Source of the DNA: Cetorhinus maximus
Taxonomy: Eukaryota
Reading direction: 5' to 3'
NCBI RefSeq assembly: GCF_964194155.1
Contig: NC_135882.1
Location: forward strand, 90,837,997 to 90,894,000
Length of the DNA: 56,004 nucleotides
In this document: in pieces, positions 1 through 10,295 of the stretch
Layout: each line of letters opens with the position of its first letter
Numbering within the stretch: the first letter of the stretch is position 1
The notes under the pieces: model-generated
Database searches by the model: none
Told to the model about the DNA's origin: nothing
The model's input: the letters and a program-made list of their open reading frames with translations, nothing else
Translations under genes and position numbers: made by a program

Positions 1-296
1 CTNNNNNNNNNNNNNNNNNNNNNNNNNNNNNNNNNNNNNNNNNNNNNNNNNNNNNNNNNNNNNNNNNNNNNNNNNNNNNNNNNNNNNNNNNNNNNNNNNN
101 NNNNNNNNNNNNNNNNNNNNNNNNNNNNNNNNNNNNNNNNNNNNNNNNNNNNNNNNNNNNNNNNNNNNNNNNNNNNNNNNNNNNNNNNNNNNNNNNNNNN
201 NNNNNNNNNNNNNNNNNNNNNNNNNNNNNNNNNNNNNNNNNNNNNNNNNNNNNNNNNNNNNNNNNNNNNNNNNNNNNNNNNNNNNNNNNNNNNNNN

Positions 297-2500
297 TCCT
301 TCTCTCGACCCCCTCTTCTCTCTCTCTCTCTCTCGACCCCCTCTTCTCNNNNNNNNNNNNNNNNNNNNNNNNNNNNNNNNNNNNNNNNNNNNNNNNNNNN
401 NNNNNNNNNNNNNNNNNNNNNNNNNNNNNNNNNNNNNNNNNNNNNNNNNNNNNNNNNNNNNNNNNNNNNNNNNNNNNNNNNNNNNNNNNNNNNNNNNNNN
501 NNNNNNNNNNNNNNNNNNNNNNNNNNNNNNNNNNNNNNNNNNNNNNNNNNNNNNNNNNNNNNNNNNNNNNNNNNNNNNNNNNNNNNNNNNNNNNNNNNNN
601 NNNNNNNNNNNNNNNNNNNNNNNNNNNNNNNNNNNNNNNNNNNNNNNNNNNNNNNNNNNNNNNNNNNNNNNNNNNNNNNNNNNNNNNNNNNNNNNNNNNN
701 NNNNNNNNNNNNNNNNNNNNNNNNNNNNNNNNNNNNNNNNNNNNNNNNNNNNNNNNNNNNNNNNNNNNNNNNNNNNNNNNNNNNNNNNNNNNNNNNNNNN
801 NNNNNNNNNNNNNNNNNNNNNNNNNNCTCTCTCTCGAACCCCTCTTCTCTCTCTCTCTCGAACCCCTCTTCTCTCTCTCGAACCCCTCTTCTCTCTCTCG
901 AACCCTCTTCTCTCTCTCGACCCCTCTTCTCTCTCTCGAACCCCTCTTCTCTCTCTCGAACCCTCTCTCTCTCTCGAACCCTCTTCTCTCTTCGAACCCC
1001 TCTTCTCTCTCTCTCGACCCCTCTTCTCTCTCTCTCTCGACCCCCTCTTCTCTCTCTCTCTCGACCCCCTTGTCTCTCGCTCTCTCTCTCGACCCCCTCT
1101 TCTCTCTCTCTCTCGAGACCCCCTCTTCTCTCTCTCTCTCTCTCTCGACCCCCTCTTCTCTCTCTCTCTCTCTCTCTCTCGACCCCCTCTTCGCTCTCTC
1201 TCTCTCTCTCTCGAGACCCCCTCTTCTCTCTGTCTCGAGACCCCCTCTTCTCAATCTCTCTCTCTCTCACTCTCTCTCGAGACCCCCTCTTCTCTCTCTC
1301 TCTCTCGACCCCTCTTCTCTCTCTCTCTCTCGACCCCCTCTTCTCTCTCTCTCTCCGACCCCCTCTTCTCTCTCTCTCGACCCCCTCTTCTCTCTCTCTC
1401 GACCCCCTCTTCTCTCTCTCTCGACCCCCTCTTCTCTCTCTCTCGACCCCCTCTTCTCTCTCTCTCGACCCCCTCTTCTCTCTCTCGACCCCCTCTTCTC
1501 TCTCTCTCGACCCCCTCTTCTCTCTCTCTCTCGACCCCCTCTTGTCTCTCGCTCTCTCTCTCGACCCCCTCTTCTCTCTCTCTCTCGAGACCCCCTCTTC
1601 TCTCTCTCTCTCTCTCTCGACCCCCTCTTCTCTCTCTCGACCCCCTCTTCGCTCTCTCTCTCTCTCTCTCTCGAGACCCCCTCTTCTCTCTGTCTCGAGA
1701 CCCCCTCTTCTCAATCTCTCTCTCTCTCACTCTCTCTCTCTCTCGACCCCCTCTTCTCGCTCTCTCTCTCTCTCGACCCCCTCTTCTCTCTCTCGACCCC
1801 CTCTTCTCTCTCTCGACCCCCTCTTCTCTCTCTCGACCCCCTCTTCTCTCTCTCGACCCCTCTTCTCTCTCTCGACCCCCTCTTCTCTCTCTCGACCCCC
1901 TCTTCTCTCTCTCGACCCCCTCTTCTCTCTCTCGACCCCCTCTTCTCTCTCTCGAGACCCCTCTTCTCAATCTCTCTCTCTCTCACTCTCTCTCTCGACC
2001 CCCTCTTCTCAATCTCTCTCTGTCTCACTCTCTCTCTCGACCCCCTCTTCTCTCTCTCGACCCCCTCTTCTCTCTCTCGACCCCCTCTTCTCTCTCTCGA
2101 CCCCCTCTTCTCTCTCTCGACCCTCTTCTCTCTCTCGACCCCCTCTTCTCTCTCTCGACCCCCTCTTCTCTCTCTCGACCCCCTCTTCTCTCTCTCGACC
2201 CCCTCTTCTCTCTCTCGACCCCCTCTTCTCTCTCTCGACCCCCTCTTCTCTCTCTCGACCCCCTCTTCTCTCTCTCGACCCCCTCTTCTCTCTCTCGACC
2301 CCCTCTTCTCTCTCTCTCTCTCTCGACCCCCTATTCTCTCTCTCTCGACCCCCTATTCTCTCTCTCTCTCTCGACCCCCTCTTCTCTCTCTCTCTCTCGA
2401 CCCCCTCTTCTCTCTCTCTCTCTCTCGACCCTCTCTCTCTCGACCCCTCTTCTCTCTCTCTCTCGACCCCCTCTTCTCTCTCTCGAGACCCCCTCTTCTC
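297..2500. repeat. CT-rich minisatellite, core unit about 20 bp (CTCTTCTCTCTCTCGACCCC), interrupted by N gaps
   Basis: Tandem copies read directly, e.g. 1801-1860 and 2041-2300; variable (CT)n length; assembly gaps at 3-296 and 349-826. Confidence 0.95.
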
Positions 2501-2989
2501 TCTCGCTGCTCACCACCCTTGCTCCCTCTCTTTCTCACCCCCCTTCTTGCTCCCTCTCTGCCGCCCTCTCTCTCTCGACCCCCTCTTCTCTCTCGCTGTT
2601 CATTGCCCCTTGCTCCCTCTTTCTCACCCCCCTTCTTGCTCCCTCTGTCGCCCTCTCTCTCTCTAGAGACCCCTCTTCTCTCTCGCTGCTCACCGCCCCT
2701 TGCTCCTTCTCTTTCTCACCTCCCTCGCGCGCCTCTTCTCCCTCGCGCGCCCGCTCCTGCTCCCTCACTCCCAGCTCTCTCCCCAATCTGTCCACCCCCC
2801 CAGCTTCCCCCCCCCGGCTCTTTCTCTATGTCTCTTCCCCCACCCCCCCTGCTATTTTTCAATGTCTCTTCACCCCCACCCGCTCTTTCTCACTCTCTCT
2901 CTCTCTCCCCCCCCCCCCCCCCCCCCCCCTCCCACCCCCCCTGGTCTCTTTCTCAATGTCTCTTCTCCCCCCCTCCCCCCCCCGGCTCT

Positions 2990-3270
2990 TTCTCAATCTT
3001 CACCCCCCTCCCCTCCTTTCAATCTTTCACCCCCCCTCCCCTCCCTTTCTCAATCTTTCACCCCCCCTCCCCTCCCTTTCTCAATCTTTCACCCCCCCTC
3101 CCCTCCCTTTCTCAATCTTTCACCCCCCCTCCCCTCCCTTTCTCAATCTTTCACCCCCCCTCCCCTCCCTTTCTCAATCTTTCACCCCCCCTCCCCTCCC
3201 TTTCTCAATCTTTCACCCCCCCCTCCCCTCCCTTTCTCAATCTTTCACCCCCCTCCCCTCCCCCCCGGCT
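2990..3270. repeat. 31-bp minisatellite (TTTCTCAATCTTTCACCCCCCCTCCCCTCCC)
   Basis: Tandem near-perfect units from about 3046 to 3260. Confidence 0.9.
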
Positions 3271-3324
3271 CTTTCTCAATCTTTCACCTCCACTCCCTCC
3301 CCCCTCCCCCCTCTTCCCCCCCCC

Positions 3325-3865
3325 CTCTCAATCTGTCTCACTCCCCCTCCCTCTCTCAATGTCTCACTCCCCCTCCCTCTCTCAATGTCTCACTCCCCCT
3401 CCCTCTCTCAATGTCTCACTCCCCCTCCCTCTCTCAATGTCTCACTCCCCCTCCCTCTCTCAATGTCTCACTCCCCTCCCTCTCTCAATGTCTCACTCCC
3501 CCTCCCTCTCTCAATGTCTCACTCCCCCTCCCTCTCTCAATGTCTCACTCCCCCTCCCTCTCTCAATGTCTCACTCCCCCTCCCTCTCTCAATGTCTCAC
3601 TCCCCCTCCCTCTCTCAATGTCTCACTCCCCTCCCTCTCTCAATGTCTCACTCCCCCTCCCTCTCTCAATGTCTCACTCCCCTCCCTCTCTCAATGTCTC
3701 ACTCCCCCTCCCTCTCTCAATGTCTCACTCCCCTCCCTCTCTCAATGTCTCACTCCCCCTCCCTCTCTCAATGTCTCACTCCCCCTCCCTCTCTCAATGT
3801 CTCACTCCCCCTCCCTCTCTCAATGTCTCACCCCCTCCCTCTCTCAATGTCTCACCCCCTCCCTC
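3325..3865. repeat. 25/26-bp minisatellite (CTCTCTCAATGTCTCACTCCCCCTCC)
   Basis: About 20 tandem near-identical units; followed by degenerate CT low complexity to about 4140. Confidence 0.95.
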
Positions 3866-4155
3866 TCTCTCCTCTCTCTGTCTCACGCCCTTCTCTGTCC
3901 CCCCCCTCTCTCTCTGTATGTCTCCCTTCCTCTCTCTGTCTGTCTCCCCTCCTCTCTTTCTCTCTCTTTCTGTCTCCCCTCCTCTCTTTCTGTCAGTCTC
4001 ACCGCCCCCCTCCTCTCTCTAAACCCCTTCAGTCTCTATCTCTAAACCCCGTCTCTCTAACCGCTCGCCCTCTTTCTAACTCTCTCTCTCTTTCTCTCTC
4101 TCTGTCTATCTGCCTGTCTCTCTCTCTCTCTCTCTCTCTAATTCTTTCTCCTTAC

Positions 4156-4230
4156 CTCCAACATCAGGACACATCAACCAGCGACGTCACACAGAGCCGC
4201 GCGCGCGCTATAATATGAGTGGAACCTAAC
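4156..4230 (-). other. Candidate first exon of a divergently transcribed gene (CHCHD7 expected by synteny)
   Basis: Minus-strand donor GAG|GTAAGG with GT at 4155-4154, next to the CpG-rich promoter; PLAG1 and CHCHD7 are head-to-head in mammals. No CHCHD7 coding sequence in the window; start is a guess. Confidence 0.5.
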
Positions 4231-4400
4231 CTGATGGCGGAAACCTTAGATTGACATTGACAGGCAGCTGTCCCTGACCATTAGCTTTCCGGATAATGCG
4301 TTCTATATCAGAATAATACCCGCCTTTTGCTCCTTCTAGTCCAATAGGAAAGGGGCGGAGGGGGCGGGATGTCCGCCATCAGGGTAGGTGGAGGTGCAGC
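4180..4400. promoter_or_regulatory. PLAG1 promoter, probably bidirectional
   Basis: CpG-rich; CRE-like GACGTCAC 4183-4190; CCAAT 4341-4345; tandem GC boxes GGGGCGG 4352-4358 and 4361-4367; YY1-like ATGGCGG/CCGCCAT in inverted pair 4230-4241 and 4372-4383. Confidence 0.8.
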
Positions 4401-4548
4401 GCGTATACAATGGCCGCTGGAAGGAGGCTAAAGCAAACAATTTTTAGGCCCGCGGTGAAACAAAAATATGAGAAAAAAAATTTTAAAAATTCGGATAATT
4501 GTTTAAAGCTGGAAAAAAATACGGGAAAGTGATGTTGAATGTCCCGCG
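4395..4548 (+). other. PLAG1: PLAG1 exon 1 (5'UTR)
   Basis: Follows the promoter boxes; ends in consensus donor GCG|GTAAGT (GT 4549-4550); resembles my recollection of human PLAG1 exon 1 (ACAATGGC.GCTGGAA...AAATATGAGAAAAAAA...CCCGCG|). Start approximate. Confidence 0.8.
4410..4532 (+). CDS. Upstream ORF, 40 aa (MAAGRRLKQTIFRPAVKQKYEKKNFKNSDNCLKLEKNTGK)
   Basis: First ATG of exon 1, strong Kozak (ACAATGG), open to TGA 4530-4532; translation is not demonstrated. Confidence 0.55.
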   Translation: MAAGRRLKQTIFRPAVKQKYEKKNFKNSDNCLKLEKNTGK

Positions 4549-6399
4549 GTAAGTTCCAGTTGAATTTTGCCAGGTGTTGTCCCCTTTTTGAAATAGTTTA
4601 TCAGGGTTATTTAAATCATGTTGTGAGAGAGGGGAAAAAAAGTTTGTGCCCCCGTTTGTACCTCAGAGTCTGAGAGAGACGGAGGGAAACGGCAGCAGAA
4701 AAAAGAGGAAACAACTTCTTCAAAACTGATCCCAACTCATCGCCAAGGTTGAGGATAGATAACCTCACCGCCTTCTTATAGAATTGGGAAGTTTAACCAC
4801 TTTATTCACTTTCTTACTTGAGTTCCGTTTGGAATTAGTTTATTTTATTATGTTTTGTTGTTGTATGTTTAACGACAGCGTTGAAGAGGGAAAGAGAAAC
4901 TTGGAGCAACTTCTTCTGTCAAAGCTGCAACAAGACCTGAAAGAATTTAAAGATTTTTAATGAAGTTTTCGCGAGAAATTCCGTGTTAAAAACACTCTTT
5001 CCCCCTAAGTTTGTTTTTGTTTCGAATACGATTTTTGGATGAAACAGAAGCAAAGATCAGTTGTCCCTTCATCTAAACAAATTTTAACCAGCTCATGAAG
5101 TCCAGACGCTTTCAAAGAAGCTAGGAAATGCTAAAAACGTTATAAAATTGCAATTTCTCTATATTTGATTTTTGAACGATCGAGTGAAGAGAGCAGCTTT
5201 ACACAAACATGCAATCCTGAGGAGGGGGAGGGTAGGCGAGGATTTCTAGGAGTTAGATATTACTTTTCTATTTAAAAAATATATATATGATCAAGGCGTT
5301 GAGGAATATAACCACAAAAGAGGGAAAATATTCCAAACCATTTTGTTCTTTCTGTCGTTCTTTAGCTCTAACGAGTTCCAGGGATAACTCAAACATAGGT
5401 CTCCTCTTAAACTATTAATAGGGTGTTAATAGCAACAAGACTTATGTAATGAAGTATAAACATTGCTACTTTAAAATAAACCACTTTATTGACAAAGACG
5501 CAGGAAATATTTCGTTTAAACGGATAATGTATAATTTCGATTTGGTACAAATGTTTGAAATGGAGTATTAAATTTGAGAGTACAATGACGTTTGTTTTCG
5601 CTATTTAATTGCGAATTACCTTAAACAATTTGATACATTTAGCGATAAGAGCAAGTATTAACATTGGAGAATATTTAAGAGAAAAACATTAAAAGTGAAT
5701 CTCATAAATTAACAACTTATACGTCAACATATTAGTAAACATTTCCAAGTTGGGGAAATTGATTGATTCTTTTATTCATGAGGAAAGACTAATGTTTATT
5801 TCTATTAAATCATAACTTTTTCTGCTTTTTTCTTTCTAATTCGCTGACGCAAATTGTGTTATTTTGCACTTGTGAAGATGTGCTGCATTTCTGACATGTT
5901 GCACGAGGGGGCGGGGATTGCGGTGCTGGTTCAAGAAGACAAAGGTTTATTAATGGAAGTGATTGAAGTTGGAAAGGCGAATACCTGTTTTAGTTCAATT
6001 CTTTTAACACCGCGAACTAAACAGTTTCAGCACTTTATATTTGTTACTTTTCTGGTTACAATTTGATTAATATTTTAATTACTTAAGTGGACGTACAGCA
6101 CGTTAGCGCCATAGGAAAGCCGCTGTTGCTGCTGCTTGTACAGTCATTGGTATAGTGACATGCGGGGTGGGCTAATACATTGTAAACTGTAAAATTAATA
6201 CTCACTGCACAAATAGATATGCTTCACCTTGGACTTTTGGATTGTTTGTCGATGTTTAGCCGAGTAACGGAGTGACGTTTCTGAAATGTTAACGCATTAT
6301 TATTTTATATCCCAGTCATTTTAAGAAGTATTTTTTTTAAAAGTTTGTACATGGCGAACTAAAACCTTGTAATTCTGCCATAAATACTTTCAGAATGGG

Positions 6400-7165
6400 C
6401 ATGTAAATGGTAAAGACATTTCAATATAGATAAGTGAGGAGTTTGGTAGGAGAAATGAAGAAACCTACTACTTGGAAAATAAAAGTTTAAATGGGGTAGA
6501 CGTGCAAAGGGATCTATGGATACAGATCATATCAGTAAATATAGCAAAGCAGGTTAAAAAAATCATAAAAGATGTAAATGAATTCCTGGGATTCATTTCT
6601 AGAGGAATAGAATTCAAAAGCAGATAAATTGTTAAACATGCATAGGTGATCCTTGGTTAGACCATACTGTATACTGTGGACAATTCTGGTCTTTGTATTA
6701 CAAAAGGGATGTAGAGGCACAGGAAAATGAGACCTGAATTAAGAAGGTACAACTATGAGGAATGGCTGAACAGGCTGAGGCTTTTTCAAAAAGATATTGA
6801 GAGGTGATCGATGATGAAGGTCTTTAAAAATATGATGGGGCTGGTCAGGGTAGATGTCGATATTTTCATTTGTGGGGGGTCAAAAACTCAGGGTCATAAT
6901 TATAAGATAGTCACTAATAAACCCATAAGGAATTGAGATATTTCTTTACTCAAATTGGTGGGAATCTGGAACTTGCTACCACATGAAGTGATTGAGGCAA
7001 ATAGCAAAGAAGTGTTTAAGTTTGATAAGTGCATGAGGGAGAAAGGAAAGTTATATTGATGAGATGAGGCAAGTTAGGAAGAGGGTCATGTGGAGCATAA
7101 TCACAAGCTGAATTATTGGGCTGAATGGCCTGTTTCTGTGCTGTAAATTCTATGTAATTCTTTTT
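6400..7165 (+). mobile_element. CR1-type LINE, decayed 3' fragment
   Basis: Degenerate RT C-terminus (LVRPxLxYCxQFW-like at about 6650-6690) and typical tail TTGGGCTGAATGGCCTGTTTCTGTGCTGTAAATTCTATG. Confidence 0.85.
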
Positions 7166-9012
7166 GTGTTTGAGTTGCATAGGAAACATTGCAGCATACA
7201 TTTTTATATTTATATAGTAGAAATTGCTTTTTTATCATATGGCATAATGCTTTTAAAAATAGTCTTCTAAAGTCTGTTAGACTGTAAAAAGTCTATTATT
7301 CAATATTCAACATTCGAGTTCAATAAAGAATACTTAATAACACTAAACTATTGACAATATGCTTAGTTTAGTTGTATATTTCCTTTATATCTATACTCAA
7401 CTATCTGCAAAGTGTTCATAATCATAACATTTGAAATACAGTAAATATCAATGTTATTTAAACAAGGTACATTTCTCAATTAATATATATATATTTTAGC
7501 TTGTTTGCATTAGATACTTAAGAAATCTATGTTAACTTTGGGATAAAGAATAGTTCATGTGATTAAAAGACAAGTCTTTCAAAAAAGAAAACCTTAAAAC
7601 CTCTCTTTATTCAGGAAATTATATGCAGTGTTTGCCAGTTTCGTGAGAAATGCTTAATTATGTTTATTAAATATCATTTTTTTTGGAGGAGCTTTAAGTT
7701 TATTTGAATCCGTTTATAAAATACAAAAAAGTAGTTGGTTTTCAAAAAGAGAAAGATGGTAAAAACAAAGTTTGGCGCATTCAGGAATAAAAGTTTTTTC
7801 CGTTTAGCCTCATGTTCCTTAATAGTTCTTAATGAATCTGAATAATTATGGCTTGTGCTTTTTTCTATTATATTTATTGATGACTAATAACTGTTAAAAC
7901 AATTGTTTAAAAACAAGCTAAACTCAAATCAAAGTTGACCTTTTAAAGTGATTCTCAGCAAAGAACACAATCTTGAATGGTGTTTCTTTTTATAATGTGT
8001 TTAATTGTTAGAGTTGAATTTATGTGTTTTATAGAATCATAGGCTCAAGTTATTTAAAATCTGAAAATGTATTTCATAAATTTATTGTATTCTCAAGATA
8101 CTTAAATTAAAACTAAAAATGTTGTCCTTGATGTAGTTTCATTTATTACAAACATGTTTTATAGCCTTGTGAACTTTTGAGGAAATATTTGCACATTATG
8201 CCAGTTGGATTTCTTAAACGTTATTGTAATGATATAATACAATCTGCGCAGGTGCACAAATAATTTCTTGTTTCTGTCTATCTTGTGCTGACATTGAGAC
8301 ATTCATAGCTAAATACATTGTATCTTTAAGAAGTGAATTGAGGGCATGATTGGTTATCAAAAATGGTTATTATTTTAGTGTATGCTTGGCACTAATTTAC
8401 TTGTATAATTGAGCTTTTGATAGTACCAAAACTTTAGCATCCCCTCGTACCAATATTTGTAAAATTTCTTACATTCAACAATACCTTTTATTGTCAATGA
8501 ATTTCCCCCCCCCATTCATTTCAAACCATTTTGATAGGCATTGGTGTGTTTGAAATTTGTATTTGAAAGTATTTGAAAATGGTGTCATTAAAGAGACTGA
8601 GGAAACTACCTGGGTAATTTAGGAAGGCTGAAATAGAAGTGTATATCTTGTTTTTTCATTAAAATGGGATCCATGAAGGTAATTTAATTGGAAAATCTGT
8701 CTGCTACTACAATAATGTCTAACTCACTAAATTCCCTGAGTTTAAAAGTGTTCATATGCACATGTTAGACACCTGAAATAATTTTACTTCGTGATTGTAG
8801 TGCATAAAACTTTAAGTCCATAACTCTCAATAGACGTGTCACTTTTCAGAATGATATTGTAGTTTTCTAAACACCAGATTAACATGCATCTAAAATAAGT
8901 TGAGAAACTAAACATTACTTGGTAGAAAGTTTAAGTATTATAGATTGTAGTAGCTACATCAGAATATCTTCAGAAATTCCTGTTAAATATTCAGGATTTT
9001 TTCCGCAAGTGG

Positions 9013-10295
9013 GAAATACAAATTCTCTTGTCAGAATACAAGATGAGTAGCTCAGACATTAGCTATAATTATAATGATTTATCATTTTAAAAAATAATAC
9101 AAGGAATAATTAACTTACCAAAATGAAGTATAAGATTTTTTCATTTGATATAATTCTTCACTTACCTTGCATTTTGCCTGTCTTTACACTCTCCTATAGT
9201 CACATTCTAATGTAAAATTATCATCCTTATTAATCTGAGACATTTTTCCAAAAAGAGCCAGAATTTAAGTGCGTAAGAAAAGTCACAAAGTTAAAACAAT
9301 CACTGTTGCACACAATGTTAACCTGTAAGCAGCAGCACATGTTGATGAATGAGAATCCAAAACTAGGAAAATATTTCTATTATTCCTTCAGATTCAATAC
9401 ACAGGTATTATTCAGAGGGTGACAGATTGCTTCCTCTGAGTTAACTAAGTGTGAGTGATTCAGTGTTTAACAGTATTTTCTAAAATGTATCGTTGTACAA
9501 AATAACTTTTGTAAAAGTTTAAAATCATCTGCATTTAAATTACAGGAGCTTTTTGAATGTGGGGTGATAAATAGGATGATCAGGCAAACATAGTTTAATA
9601 TTATTGATAGAAAATATTTTTGAGAACAGCATCTTACTGGGTTCTTTTAGTTAAAAGATTATAGTAAAATTTACCTAAAATGTACAAAGGTAAGGTCTTC
9701 ATTTTCAGAAGTTTTGAAGTGCACGTTGAAACAATAAAAAAAATCCTGATTATTCTGTGTTTAAACTGTTTTATTTTCAAAGCTGTTGTAAAGCATGACC
9801 ACTATTTGTAAAATACTTTAGAAATATTTTTAAAATATTTTCCGATTTTTGTGTTTGAAATGTTTGCTTGGTATTTGTTTCTTACTCACTCTGCTATATT
9901 TCATGTGAATTGCCATTCCTTTCTAGATAAGATTTATCTGCAGTTTAGAAAGTGTTTGTAAATCAATGGAATATTATCAAAACACCAAAGCAGCATTCAC
10001 CAGAGAAACCTTTTTTTAAAAAAGTGAAATGTTGAGTATGTAGTGTAATGGTTTGCACTAATATGCTATAATAAACATAATTGTTTAATTAGAATTATTT
10101 TAGTTTTAGAAATTATATGTATATTGGATTGTATTTCCATTATTTTGATTTATAATATTCCTTTACTATTGATGTAGAAATACAGATTCTCTTGTCAGAA
10201 TACAAGATGAGTAGCTCAAACATTAGCTATAATTATAATGATTTATTATTTAAAAAATAATACAAGGAATAATTAACTTACCAAAATGAAGTATA
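9013..10295. repeat. Dispersed direct duplication of about 120 bp (9013-9132 and 10177-10295)
   Basis: Two copies differing at about 4 positions. Confidence 0.9.

Noticed and set aside
297-3865. CRISPR-like regular repeats
   Set aside because: Tandem units with no unique spacers; eukaryotic context
1070-4218. Long ORFs of 239-991 aa rich in S/L/P or R/E
   Set aside because: Stop-free by-products of pyrimidine satellites; open in several frames; no domain
4352-4370. PLAG1 autoregulatory site GRGGC(N6-8)GGG
   Set aside because: Spacing to the G cluster does not fit; better read as Sp/KLF GC boxes
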